A DNA stretch of 63,337 nt, filler included, from Octopus bimaculoides (lineage: Eukaryota), in NCBI RefSeq assembly GCF_001194135.2. It is 5 parts of 5 records of this genome, joined end to end, with 100 filler letters (N's around TTAATTAATTAA, not from the genome) between each part and the next. Parts side by side here need not be neighbours in the genome. Positions count along the whole stretch, not along the records: positions 1 to 28,867 come from NC_068994.1; 4 more parts are not named here. One strand, 5' to 3'. The notes under the pieces were generated by a model. That model was not told the origin of the DNA and ran no database searches. It was given only the letters and a program-made list of their open reading frames with translations. The first letter of the stretch is position 1. The number at the start of each line of letters is the position of its first letter. Below are positions 11,426 through 23,639 of this stretch, piece after piece. The position numbers and the translations under genes are program-made.

Positions 11426-12403
11426 CTTAATTACACAATAATAATAGATTGAAATTATATGTGTTCCATGTATTTGTTGATTAGTTAACCTTTCCCTCTG
11501 ATGGGTTTGTCTGACTGTACCTACTACAGCCATAAGAACAGCAATGATATGCCAACAAGATGTCACACAAACTGCTAAAATATAGCAGCCATATTTCCTT
11601 TATTATTCCCTACCATCTTGAAAAAAGAAGGGGCTCACTGGATAATGTAGCTCTCAACTGACTGGCATGAAGATTCTTACCAACAAACTAAACATCTAAC
11701 TCGCCGACATCTCTTCTCTCTCATTGCCTTTTTGTCACTATAACAACTGAGGCTTCTGCTCCTCAAAGCCAGCTGGACTCGTATCACTTCCTCTCAAGAA
11801 CATCTGACTCATCCATATTTCCTCTTCTCATTTTACATGTTCTCAACACACACACACACATTAACCACTATTCCCATTTCTGCTTCTCCTGAAAGTCAGT
11901 TTTGGCAGTTGTCAGCTTATAACTTTTCAAGCAAAACATTAACCACGGTCATACAGAGGGCCTGCAATGGCTATGGGCACAGTACCTTGCTTCAAACTGA
12001 ACCAATAAAAAAATGAAAAAAGTAAATAAGAGGATACTCAATGCCCACAAGAAGAATGAGACAGATCTGAATGGATGATATGGTCATGATTGGAATAACT
12101 TTGATCTGAGGCCAAACAACAACAGCAACTCATTTTTTTGTTTTTAAAACATTTCATTTACGATCAGCAATAAATTGCATTAATAACTTATCCAAAATAT
12201 TTCCACATACTTACTTGACATAAAATAAAAGCATGGAATAAGGAGGACATATGTAGCACTGATGTCTGCAACAAAAGAAAATGCCAAAGTTAATTGAGAC
12301 AAAATTACTAAACAGCATACATAATATAAATATATGGTACATAACATATATAAGGGGGGGGGGTCTACCAAATGAATAAAGGCATCGTTTTTATGATATT
12401 CTT

Positions 12404-14010
12404 TTGCAGACTACCACAAAGACAAATGACAGTGACCTTGTCTTCATGGCTGATGACTTCAATGGGCATGTTGGGCAGCATCTGGATGTCTTCCATAGTG
12501 GACATGATGTCCGTGAAATATGTTCCTGTAACAAGGAGGGAACAAGGCTATTGGGGTTCTGTGATGCAAATAACCTAATGATCTGCAACACCAACTTCGG
12601 GAAACCTGCCAGTCAACTGATAACCTATCAATCTGGTGGCCACACTAGCCAGATTCACTACATTCTCACCAGAAAGTGAGATATATGGTTGCTCATAAAT
12701 GCAAAGATCTTCCTTGGTGAAGAATGTACACCACAGTATAAGTTTATCATTAGCGATAGGCTAGAAGGATTCCAAGAAGCAGACAAATCTGGGAAAGAAG
12801 GATTTGGAAACTTAGAGATCCTTTGAACTGTCAGAGATTTACAGAGGCTCTAATTGAAGCATTGAACAAGGAGGAGGAGTTACAGACATGTAACATAGAG
12901 GATACATAGAAGTTCCAATGAGACAACTTCCTGAGAGCCAAGACCAAATTTGTGGCTAGTGCAAAGTCCAAACCACACCAAGGGGAAATAGAGTAGTTGA
13001 CAGGGTCATTAGAATGAAAAATAGGCCTAGAAGGACTGAAAGGGTGGTGGTAGCAGAGAACTATATCAGGTAGCTAAGAGACAGGTATACTTAGCCAAGG
13101 AAAAAGCAGAAAGGAAGAAATTTGCCAATGTTCTGGCAATGTTTTGCCAATATTCTGAGGACTAAAGGTTTGAAGTGTTTCAGATTGTAAGACAGTGTAT
13201 CAGAGAAAATTATGTTGTAGGGAGAGAAGTCTGATCACATGGATGATGACTCACTTGCATTCTACAAAGTGATTCTACAAAGAAAGTGGCTTGGAAGAGT
13301 CACTATGAAAGGTTGCTAAATGTNNNNNNNNNNNNNNNNNNNNNNNNNNNNNNNNNNNNNNNNNNNNNNNNNNNNNNNNNNNNNNNNNNNNNNNNNNNNN
13401 NNNNNNNNNNNNNNNNNNNNTAGGGAGAGAAGTCTGATCACATGGATGATGACTCACTTGCATTCTACAAAGTGATTCTACAAAGAAAGTGGCTTGGAAG
13501 AGTCACTATGAAAGGTTGCTAAATGTAGAAATGCATGAGAGAAGGAGAGCCTGCCCAACATAAAACAACAGAGGGACTGGCAAATTGACAGTAGCTTAGT
13601 TGATAAAGCAAATAAAGATATGAAGACAGAGAAAGCATCCAGCGCATCAGGAATCACTGTTGAGATACTTAAAATATCTGGTGGAGCTGGATATAGTCTA
13701 GTCACATGTATAGTTAATCAGGTTGTCCATGAGGGAATCATACCTAACAACTGGTGTAGCAGCATTGTAGTCAACTGCTACAGAGTTAAAGGTGAAACCT
13801 TAGACAAAAATAATTACAGCAGTATCAAATTACTGGACCAGCTGATGAAAGTTACAGAAAGGGTCATAGTTCAATTAATTAGGAAGTGAGTTGGCCAAGA
13901 TGAGATGCAGTTTGGTTTTGTGCCAGGAAGAAGCACTGCTGATGCTATCATCCTGGCTAGGCAACTTCAGGAGAAGCATTTAGCAAAAAATAAAACTCTG
14001 TATTTGGCTT
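12404..14010 (+). mobile_element. Degenerate RTE-clade LINE: APE endonuclease and first half of the RT
   Basis: DDFNGHVG..NKEGTRLLGFCDANNLMICNTNF..LITYQSGG..QIHYIL (APE); GITVEILK..IPNNW..NYSSIKLL..MQFGFVPGRSTADAI (RT). Many stops and frameshifts. Confidence 0.9.
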
Positions 14011-14130
14011 TAGCAAGTCAACAAAGAAGAGTCCCTGTAGTCACTCAGCCAACTAAAAACAGCAGCTAATTCTCATTCACATCTTAACCAAACATCTTTA
14101 AAAAAATACAGTAAACACAAGACGATGTAG

Positions 14131-14500
14131 TCATCGTCGTAGTCGTTTAACGTCCGCTTTCCATGCTAGCATGGGTTGGACGATTTGACTGAGGACTGGT
14201 GAAACCAGATGGCTACACCAGGCTCCAATCTGATTTGGCAGAGTTTCTACAGCTGGATGCCCTTCCTAACGCCAACCACTCTGAGAGTGTAGTGGGTGTT
14301 TTTACATGCCACCGGCACAAAGGCCAGTCACACAGTACTGGCAACAGCCATGCTCAAAATGGTGTATTTTACGTGCCACCTGCACAGGAGCCAGTCCAGC
14401 GGCACTGGCAACGACCTCGCTCGAAAGTCCTTACACGTGCCATCCGGCACAAGTGCCCGGAAGGCGATGCTAGGCATAGGTGCCATTGACGGTTTCGCTT
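14131..14500 (-). mobile_element. Longer RTE-tail element with internal acgtgccaccggcac-type repeats
   Basis: Its first roughly 185 bp are the reverse complement of 1-190; three related modules follow. Confidence 0.85.
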
Positions 14501-14689
14501 TCGCTTGCCCCAATAGGTCTTTGCAAGCCGAGTTTCGTTTCCAAAAGGATAAGACTGAAATAACTTTGATGAAAGGTCTGCTAGATCAGGGCTGATCTGG
14601 GGTTAAACAGAAAAATAATAAATAAAAGTATTTAAAAATTCAGGCAATAAATATGTACATATATGTATATATCCATATTGGATGCCTAC

Positions 14690-14879
14690 CTTAGAATAGT
14701 CTGCAAAACCAGTTAAAATGACCATAATGTGTTCAGCGATGTGTGAGCCAGCATCTAATGGTATGGGGAGGCAGTACATAGATTCAGATCCTTCAGTAAC
14801 TGCTGTATGGGTTAAAGATCCAATTAGGATCCAACTTAATAAACGAATATGACTGACACAATCTATGAATTCTTTTGGT
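14690..14879 (-). CDS. unc-79: UNC79 internal exon (190 nt; PKEFIDCVSHIRLLSWILIGSLTH...LPIPLDAGSHIAEH...GFADYSK)
   Basis: tttcag acceptor and gtaggc donor. 1+189 nt completes GG+A = Gly. PKEFIxCVSHIRLLSW and CLPIPLDAGSH motifs. Confidence 0.97.
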
Positions 14880-15689
14880 CTGAAAGAAGAAAAAGAAATT
14901 TTAAATGATTTAGTAATTTGACAGATGGTTGATGTAGTTGAAATCTTTTTTCTTTTCGTTTTCTTTTTTATTACTTAGTCCAGGTGGGAAAGTCAATACT
15001 AACCCCTACTTTTTTTTCAGGGTTTCTGAAACTGGAGATAGAGAGGAGAGTGGGGACAAATGCTTATAGTAGAGCAGTGGTTCTCAACTGGGGTCCATAT
15101 GACACCTGAATGTCTATAAAAGATTTTTTGGGAGTCCAAGAAGTATAAAAGTTTATAATTCAACTTTCCGAAATTATAGAAACCAGAGCATGAGTCCTTA
15201 GGTGCCTGGAAAGTTGAACTATGAACTTTTATGCTTCTTTTTGCTTCTTTCTTTCTATCTCCTTATTCTTTTACTCCCTTCCTCTATGTCGTCATCTTAT
15301 TAATACATACCATTCTCCTTTTCCATATTTTTCCCTATTTGTCTCTGATGACAGAATATCCCATACTCATGGAGATCCCAGAAACAGCTGTAAGATTTTG
15401 AATTGCTTCCTATAATAAAATTGTATACGACTTGAGATGTTTGTCTTGCCTTAATGTTTGCTGTCCTGTTTAACAATTATATATCCACTGCATCGGAAAT
15501 CTGCAATGGCTCCACAACTACCATCTTGGCTATAACCTTGGAGCCCCAGTAATCCATTACAGCACTTACCTAGTGTACCTAATCCTTTAAATAACCTGTG
15601 AACTAAACCCCCAAACTTTGTACACACACACACACACACACACATATATATCTATATACACACACACGTATGTATGTATCTATGTGTGT

Positions 15690-16110
15690 GAGCCTTTGTG
15701 TCCGTGTTTGTTCCCCCCCATAACTGTTTGACATCCAGTGTTGGTGTGTTAACATCTCTGTAACTTAGCAGTTTGGGAAAAAGAGACTGATAGAATAAGT
15801 ACTGGAGTTGATTCATTCAACTAAAAACCTTTCAAGGTGGTGCTCCAGCCTGACCACAGTCAAATGACTGAAACCAGTAAAAGAATAAAAGAAATAATAA
15901 AAGAATATGTGTGTCAGTGTTTGTCCCACTCAGCCACCACTGTTGGTTTGTTTGTGTCCTCTTAAGTTGGTGGTTTGGCAAAAAGAGACTGATAGAAGAA
16001 GAGCCACACTTAAAGCAGCAACTATCAATCCATTTGATTAAAATCTTTCAAAGGGTTGCCCTAGCATGACTACAAGTCCAGTGACTGAAACAAGTAAGAG
16101 ATGGAAGATA
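15690..16110 (+). mobile_element. Two tandem, CpG-decayed SINE family A 3' halves
   Basis: Similar to 56960-57183 with most CG changed to TG or CA. Confidence 0.75.
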
Positions 16111-16178
16111 CTAGTTCCTTGCTTCACATACCCCAGAGTAGAAAAATCTATAGCCTGAATAAAAGTGGAGGAACCTAC

Positions 16179-16348
16179 CCTTGTTGCATGGCTGACGGTG
16201 GATGATAAAGCCAAGGAAGGTAGCGTGCAATGGCCTTGTTTTCTCGGCCATTGCTTTTGGTAATTTCCAGTGCGATGTACTGTGCAATGCCAGACTTTAA
16301 CTGGCTACCAAGTGTGTCTTCATTTAGTGCACCTCCTTTCATATTACT
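16179..16348 (-). CDS. unc-79: UNC79 internal exon (170 nt; SNMKGGALNEDTLGSQLKSGIAQYIALEI...RYLPWLYHPPSAMQQ)
   Basis: tgccag acceptor and gtaggt donor. RYLPWLYHPPSAMQQG is identical to the recalled UNC79 motif. Ends in phase 2. Confidence 0.97.
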
Positions 16349-16639
16349 CTGGCAGAGAAGAAGAAGAAGAAAAAAAAAAGAATCGAAATGAAATTAAACT
16401 GTTAAATGAAGTATACAACATAGACAACCTCATCAAAATCACCATCATCATCATCATCAAAATTACCATAATTATGATGACCATCATCATGTTCATCATC
16501 ATTATCATGCTTCTAACCACCACTACCACCACCACCAGTCCCACTGTCAAACCTTGGGTGTCTTCTACTCTAGCCTTGGGCCAACCAAAGCCATATGAGT
16601 GGATTTGGTCGAGGGAAACTGAAAGATGCCTATCACATA

Positions 16640-16775
16640 TGTGTTCCTTTCTGTGGAAGAACGCAGGCTCGAAATGTTAAAGACTTTTTCACTTCCCGAG
16701 CGTCAAACTAATACATCTGTTTGTTGTCTACAACACCTAACTTTGTCTTTTGCTTTTTGTGAATTCTCCCAATAT
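16640..16775 (+). mobile_element. Penelope-like terminal fragment with a degenerate hammerhead-like motif
   Basis: CTTT-CTGTGGA-A-GAAC-GCAG-GCTC-GAAATGTT-AAAG at 16647-16682. Confidence 0.5.
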
Positions 16776-16794
16776 ATATATATATATATATATA

Positions 16795-16868
16795 TCATCA
16801 TCATCATCATCGTCGTTTAACGTCTGCCTTCCATGCTAGCATGGGTTGGACGATTTGACTGAGGACTG
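16795..16868 (-). mobile_element. RTE-tail copy running into a gap
   Basis: (cat)n-cgtttaacgtctgccttccatgctagcatgggttggacgatttgactgagg. Confidence 0.8.
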
Positions 16869-17651
16869 NNNNNNNNNNNNNNNNNNNNNNNNNNNNNNNN
16901 NNNNNNNNNNNNNNNNNNNNNNNNNNNNNNNNNNNNNNNNNNNNNNNNNNNNNNNNNNNNNNNNNNNNNNNNNNNNNNNNNNNNNNNNNNNNNNNNNNNN
17001 NNNNNNNNNNNNNNNNNNNNNNNNNNNNNNNNNNNNNNNNNNNNNNNNNNNNNNNNNNNNNNNNNNNNNNNNNNNNNNNNNNNNNNNNNNNNNNNNNNNN
17101 NNNNNNNNNNNNNNNNNNNNNNNNNNNNNNNNNNNNNNNNNNNNNNNNNNNNNNNNNNNNNNNNNNNNNNNNNNNNNNNNNNNNNNNNNNNNNNNNNNNN
17201 NNNNNNNNNNNNNNNNNNNNNNNNNNNNNNNNNNNNNNNNNNNNNNNNNNNNNNNNNNNNNNNNNNNNNNNNNNNNNNNNNNNNNNNNNNNNNATATATA
17301 TATATATAGGTGTGTGTGTCTTTGTATTTGTCTGCACAACTGCTTGACAACTGGTGTTGGTGTGTTTACATCCCTGTAACTTAGCAGTTTGGCGATAGAG
17401 CCCAGTACAATAAGTATCAGGCTCACAAAAATAAGTACTGGGGTCGAGTTATTTTACTAAAAGTTGTTTATGGTGGTGCCTCAACATGGCCACAGTCTAA
17501 TGACTGCAAAAGTAAAAGAGAAACGATAAAAGTGGTGCCCCCAGATGGCCACTGTCCAGTGACTAAAACAAATGAAAGATAGAAGGTAAAACAACAGCAA
17601 CAACAACAAAAAGAGTGTTAGTGAAGGGAAAAAAATAACGTTAGTACCAAC

Positions 17652-17834
17652 CTTGACTTTTGTAAGGGTGTGTAAGTCTGAGATGAACTCTACACAGTCA
17701 TTGAGGTATTGCTTCATGCAATCAGCTACACAGGTACTAGTTAACATTTGTGATTGGGACTTGAATAACATACATACATCATTGTTTACAATGTTTGAAG
17801 GGCAGATTGTACCACCAGCATCCAGAACAACAAA
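17652..17834 (-). CDS. unc-79: UNC79 internal exon (183 nt; FVVLDAGG...CMKQYLNDCVEFISDLHTLTKVK)
   Basis: ttgcag acceptor and gttggt donor. Phase 0-0, 61 codons. CxxQYxN...DxHTLTKxK motif. Confidence 0.95.
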
Positions 17835-18470
17835 CTGCAACAAAAGAATGATAATAATAATAATAATCATAATAATAATAATAGCAACAACAATAATAAT
17901 GACAATAATAAGCTAGAAAATTACTTATCACTCCTATTTTAAATTTTAACCACAACAGAATTAAATTGGTATATTTATTTGTTGCTGTTGTTTAACCCTA
18001 GGTCAACTCTAGTCCAACTGACCTATGTCAAAAGACATTTTGTCTGGGACCATCCTGTTCAAATAGACAAATTAAGTCATCTAATGTTCTACAGGCAGTG
18101 AGCTGGCAGAATCATTGAGCATTGGGGGTCAATGAAATTGATTAGCCTCCTCCCTCAAAATTTCAGGCCTTTTGCTGATTGAAGGAAGAATTAAATTATC
18201 AAATATCCTTACTATGTCCTAGAGAACAGTAGCATGTAATTAAGAGAAATTTGTCAGTTTAAGCATATCAAGTGAGCACACAAAGACCCTTTCTTTGACC
18301 TACTTTCACCTTTTTTTTTTTTTTTTTTCATTTAACTAACCATAAATTTGATTTGTTAGCCTCTAGTTTACACGTGTATGTCATGAAATTAACCTGGAAA
18401 CATAGTGGAGTATTTCTGCAGTGACTCTTAGACAAAGCACACCACATGCTCTGATTGAAAATTACAATCC

Positions 18471-18697
18471 TAACCCTTTAGCATTCAGAATACTTTGTCA
18501 TTTGTAATACTCATTTATTCACAATGTTTTGAATTAATCATGTATTACCTCATAGCTTTGAGATTTTGATGATGTGATTGTTTATTTTTAGAACGACATT
18601 GTAAGGTAAGTGTGAGAAGCCAAATTCGGCTGGATTTAACATAAAACAAGCAGAACATTTGAGCCAGATGTACCTGGTTTAAGTACTAAAGGGTTAA
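18471..18697. mobile_element. piggyBac-type MITE
   Basis: Termini (c)taa-CCCTTTAGCATT ... AGTACTAAAGGG-ttaa. Confidence 0.75.
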
Positions 18698-18736
18698 AGT
18701 AGCTCACCGTCTCAGAAATTTAAGCATATTCTCATA

Positions 18737-18934
18737 TAGGCGTAGGAGTGGCTGTGTGGTAAGTAGCTTGCTTACAAACCGCATGGTTCTGGGTTCAGTC
18801 CCACTGCGTGGCACCTTGGGTAAGTGTCTTCTACCATAGCTTCGGGCCAACCAAAGCCTTGTGAGTGGATTTGGTAGACGGAAACTGAAAGAAGCCTGTC
18901 GTATATATATGTATATGTATGTGTGTGTGTGTGT
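18737..18934 (+). mobile_element. SINE family A 5' half
   Basis: taggcgtaggagtggctgtgtggtaag...gggttcagtccc...ccttgggtaagtgtctt. Confidence 0.85.
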
Positions 18935-20005
18935 NNNNNNNNNNNNNNNNNNNNNNNNNNNNNNNNNNNNNNNNNNNNNNNNNNNNNNNNNNNNNNNNNN
19001 NNNNNNNNNNNNNNNNNNNNNNNNNNNNNNNNNNNNNNNNNNNNNNNNNNNNNNNNNNNNNNNNNNNNNNNNNNNNNNNNNNNNNNNNNNNNNNNNNNNN
19101 NNNNNNNNNNNNNNNNNNNNNNNNNNNNNNNNNNNNNNNNNNNNNNNNNNNNNNNNNNNNNNNNNNNNNNNNNNNNNNNNNNNNNNNNNNNNNNNNNNNN
19201 NNNNNNNNNNNNNNNNNNNNNNNNNNNNNNNNNNNNNNNNNNNNNNNNNNNNNNNNNNNNNNNNNNNNNNNNNNNNNNNNNNNNNNNNNNNNNNNNNNNN
19301 NNNNNNNNNNNNNNNNNNNNNNNNNNNNNNNNNNNNNNNNNNNNNNNNNNNNNNNNNNNNNNNNNNNNNNNNNNNNNNNNNNNNNNNNNNNNNNNNNNNN
19401 NNNNNNNNNNNNNNNNNNNNNNNNNNNNNNNNNNNNNNNNNNNNNNNNNNNNNNNNNNNNNNNNNNNNNNNNNNNNNNNNNNNNNNNNNNNNNNNNNNNN
19501 NNNNNNNNNNNNNNNNNNNNNNNNNNNNNNNNNNNNNNNNNNNNNNNNNNNNNNNNNNNNNNNNNNNNNNNNNNNNNNNNNNNNNNNNNNNNNNNNNNNN
19601 NNNNNNNNNNNNNNNNNNNNNNNNNNNNNNNNNNNNNNNNNNNNNNNNNNNNNNNNNNNNNNNNNNNNNNNNNNNNNNNNNNNNNNNNNNNNNNNNNNNN
19701 NNNNNNNNNNNNNNNNNNNNNNNNNNNNNNNNNNNNNNNNNNNNNNNNNNNNNNNNNNNNNNNNNNNNNNNNNNNNNNNNNNNNNNNNNNNNNNNNNNNN
19801 NNNNNNNNNNNNNNNNNNNNNNNNNNNNNNNNNNNNNNNNNNNNNNNNNNNNNNNNNNNNNNNGAGATGGAGGGGAGAGGGGGAGAGAGGCAGAGAGGCG
19901 AGAGAGGCAATGAACAGTAAGATAAACTAAGTGACCACTCTATTTCTTCTTTACTTTATTACTATTATCTTTTCTTTTTTAAATACCATAATATTAAGAA
20001 CTTAC

Positions 20006-20116
20006 TTTCCCCATTGTACGGCTGCACAGGGAACATATGTCGATAATCTGCTGAAGTTTAAATGAACAATTCTGGATGGTAAAACTCATCACTTTTGAAA
20101 ACGGTTCAAGGATTCC
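20006..20116 (-). CDS. unc-79: UNC79 internal exon (111 nt; GILEPFSKVMSFTIQNCSFKLQQIIDICSLCSRTMGK)
   Basis: Long polypyrimidine tract plus tag acceptor and gtaagt donor. Phase 0-0. LEPFSKxxSFxIQN motif. Confidence 0.95.
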
Positions 20117-20571
20117 CTAAAAAAAAAAAAAAAGAGAAAGAGTAAGTGAAGAATTTGTTTCTACGAGATTAAAAAGAAAGTCAGATAGAACATAATAGAA
20201 AGAGAGAGGGAGAGGGGGAGGTCAGAGGAGAATATCATATGATTCACATTCAAAGTGAATCTTGAGTCATAGAACATTCTACATTTCATAACTCTAGTTT
20301 TTATGCACCGAATGGTTAAAATGCTTAAAATATCTTTAAACCCATGTGTATTTTAACAATAAGCTCATAATACATGTCGTAACTAAAAAATGAATGGTTG
20401 TGTAGTTAAGAAGCTGGCCTTGTAACCAGTTACACACACACAAACATGCAAAAACACGCTCACATACAAATACACATATACACACACACACAAACACACA
20501 CTTACAAACACATACACACACTCATACACATGTAACAGTAATATAAAGTGAAAAAAGAGCTAAAAACTTAC

Positions 20572-20811
20572 CCGGACATTTGTAATTCCAGGGATTTTTA
20601 AAATAGAAATCATAATGCGCAAAATAGAAGTAGTATCACATGGATTTGGCAAAACTAGAGGAAGATGACGGAAAAAAATCTCAAATTGAGTGAGAATGTT
20701 AGGCCATAGTGGGGAGGAAGTTTCCAATGGGATGCAGTTTAGGTAAGTGGCCAAATTACTCAGAAGTAGCATGATGTTCTCAGATGGAAGTGTTTTTTTG
20801 TTGTTTAAGCC
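20572..20811 (-). CDS. unc-79: UNC79 internal exon (240 nt; GLNNKKTLPSENIMLLLSNLATYLNCIPLETSSPLW...ILKIPGITNVR)
   Basis: ttccag acceptor and gtaagt donor. Phase 0-0, 80 codons, no stop. GLNNKK and LRIMIxxLKIP motifs. Confidence 0.95.
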
Positions 20812-21553
20812 CTGGAATTATATATAATATATGTACATATTGTGTAAGTAATAACCATCATAGGTGCAACAATTCATATAATAAAAATAACAATAACAAC
20901 AACAGCAATAATAATAATCATAATAGATGTACTGGTGTGAATAGTTGTAGGACTAGGTAGTATTTATTACAAATGATGGTAAGTGTTGATGGCGTGGCTC
21001 ATGTACAATGGTTTGAGTTTTGTAATCCACAATTTTCCTAACCCAATGTTAACTGGATTATGTAATTGTAGCAAGAAACTTAAATGCCCACTAGAAAATA
21101 AAAGACTAATGAAAAACGTTGCATAAAAATGTAACATTAAAACTAATTTACATACTTTCACACATGTGGTGGGTTTCACGTCTTCCACTTTTAGATCAAG
21201 ATTACATAATTATTTTCATACATTTAGAAGAAGAAATAAAGTGGAAATAACATTGCTCTCCATAAAGGTCTGGGTGTTAAAGGACAAAACTGTCCATTTT
21301 CATTTAACATGGAACATTGCTAGACATACTAAGCCTTTTGTTAATGATAAAAATGGTTGCAATCTCTGCTGTTTGGAATTACTGAAAATTTTAAAATGCA
21401 CAAGTGATGTGCATTTTAAATCAGATGAATTTAGGATGTCAGCAAAGTCAACCTCAGTAGCATTTGAACATATGAACATATAAAATGTAAAGTCAGAAAA
21501 ACTGCAGCTAAGCATTTTGTCTGGCACAGAAATAATTCTGGTAACTGCAGCCT

Positions 21554-21614
<61 letters not shown>

Positions 21615-21624
21615 GTACATATTG

Positions 21625-21830
21625 ATTTCAAATTTTGGCAGAAGGCCAGCGATTTTGGGGGAATGGATCAGTCAATTACACTGACCCCAGTGCTCAACTG
21701 GTACTTATTTTATCAACCCCAAAATGATGAAAGGCAAAGTTGACCTTGGTGGAATTTGAACTCAGAACGTAGAAAGGGGCAAAATGCCGCTAAGCATTTT
21801 GCCCAGCATGCTAACGAATCTGTCATTTCA
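21625..21830 (-). mobile_element. SINE family B
   Basis: Reverse complement of the copies at 43595-44010. Confidence 0.8.
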
Positions 21831-21885
21831 CCACTACTGTACATATTGATAACAAACAATATATAAAAGACACATAAAGTTATAC

Positions 21886-21971
21886 CTCCAGAAGAAGCTG
21901 CATCGGTGTATGGCATGTGAGTTCATTAAAGTCAATAAGAGCAGATGCCATCGTCTTCCAAAAGTTTGTAT
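21886..21971 (-). CDS. unc-79: UNC79 internal exon (86 nt; (D)TNFWKTMASALIDFNELTCHTPMQLLLE)
   Basis: attcag acceptor and gtataa donor. 2+84 nt completes the previous exon's phase-1 codon. ASxLxDFNEL motif. Confidence 0.93.
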
Positions 21972-22223
21972 CTGAATAAATAATATTGAATATTAAATAG
22001 CAGGATGATGATATCACAATGGGTCTAACATTTTGATAAATACTTTTTTAATCATGTATTCTTTCGATTTTCTTTACAAATTTTTTACCCTGAGATATAT
22101 TCATTTCATATATATACTGTATATGATGCTATAGAATTGTAAATTTAAAGCAAAATAAATAAATAAATAAATAAATAAAGGTATTATTACATGTCAAAAC
22201 TCATTCATGATTTTGGCCTACTT

Positions 22224-22460
22224 CATGTGGTAAGAAGCTTGCTTTCCAACCACTTGGTTCTGAATTCAGTCCCATTGTGTGGCACTTAGGACAAGTGTCT
22301 TCTACTATAGCCTCAGACTGACCAAAGCTTTGTGAATGGATTCGATAGATGGAAACTGAAGGAAGCCTCTCGTATATATACATTTATATATTTATGTGTG
22401 TGTCTTTGTATCTGTGTTTGTCTCCCCTCCCACCGGTGCTTGACAACCAATGTTGGTGTT
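22224..22460 (+). mobile_element. SINE family A, decayed
   Basis: Similar to 56771-57050. Confidence 0.75.
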
Positions 22461-22599
22461 TTTACATCTCCACTACCATCACTTGACAAATGGTGTTGTT
22501 GTGTTTACATCCTTGTGTTATATCATGAATTTTGATACAACTTGTCCAAGCATTGCTGAATTGTTTATTCTTTATTTTGCAGCTTTGAGATAACGAGTG

Positions 22600-23090
22600 G
22601 TGACAAAATTGCCATTAGAGCCATTTTATGCTACCTGTGAGAAAAACGAACTGTTTGCAAGGGTAGTCCAAAAGAAATTCATGTGGAATGCCCAGGAACT
22701 GTCAACAAACATATGGCTCAAAACTAATTCAGACATTTCAAGGAAGGTGGCACTAGGCTTGAAAACAAACCAAGGTGGAAAATGAGGCCCTTCATGAAAT
22801 GGTTGAATGACAAATCATAGAGGTGCCTGTATTTGGTGTGGAATTGTGTATGGGGATGAAAAATGGATCTATTTTCATAATCCTAATAAGAGAAATCAGT
22901 GGTTTTATTCCAGTTAGGCTTCGGAACATGTTGTCAAACAAGGATGGTTAGAACAGAAGGCCATGTTGTGTGTTTGGTGGAATTTCAAGGGGTTGTTGTT
23001 GCACTTCGAACTTGTCCCAGATAGCCATGCTGTGAATGTTAACCTTTATGCTTAACAGCTGCAGCAACAATGTGATGCTATGAAACCAAC
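22600..23090 (+). mobile_element. Degenerate mariner transposase
   Basis: IVYGDEKWIYFHNPNKRNQW..KAMLCVWWNFKG..HFELVP matches the mariner GDEKW/LCVWW motifs; HTH remnant upstream. Confidence 0.85.
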
Positions 23091-23324
23091 ATTACATAGA
23101 CATAAGAAATTTCTTCATGCTCCATAGAGTTCAGCCTACCTTAGAATTGATTTTATTCTTAAGAATTATTCTTACCCTAAAGAGTTAATCCAATATTTAA
23201 TATTTATACAAGCATCAGAATGATGAACAAATGGAATAATTTGGCTGGTAACTCTAAAGCGTTTGAGCTTATCTAGAGCTAAATAACAACATAGCATGAT
23301 AGATTGACAGATTAAAATAAGCCT

Positions 23325-23535
23325 TCCTAGTACAGACACAAGGTTTGGAATTTTTTAAGGGAAGGGGCTAATCAATTACATCGACCCAAGTTTTCAACTG
23401 GTACTTATTTCATTGAGTCTGAAATATTTGGAAGGCAAAGTTGACCTCAGCAGAAATCGAACTCAGAACATAGAGACAGATGAGATGCCACTAAGCTCTG
23501 TGTCCAGCATGCTAATGGTTCTGTCAACTTCCTGC
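23325..23535 (-). mobile_element. SINE family B
   Basis: Same core as 2131-2328. Confidence 0.75.
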
Positions 23536-23573
23536 TTTACCGATAAGTTAATAAAATAACAGCAGATTGATTT

Positions 23574-23623
<50 letters not shown>

Positions 23624-23639
23624 CCTATACAATATTTAC

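Noticed and set aside
18831-19930. Long ORFs made mostly of X (also near 16807, 26279, 27386, 39835, 48504, 58829)
   Set aside because: Artefacts of N gaps.
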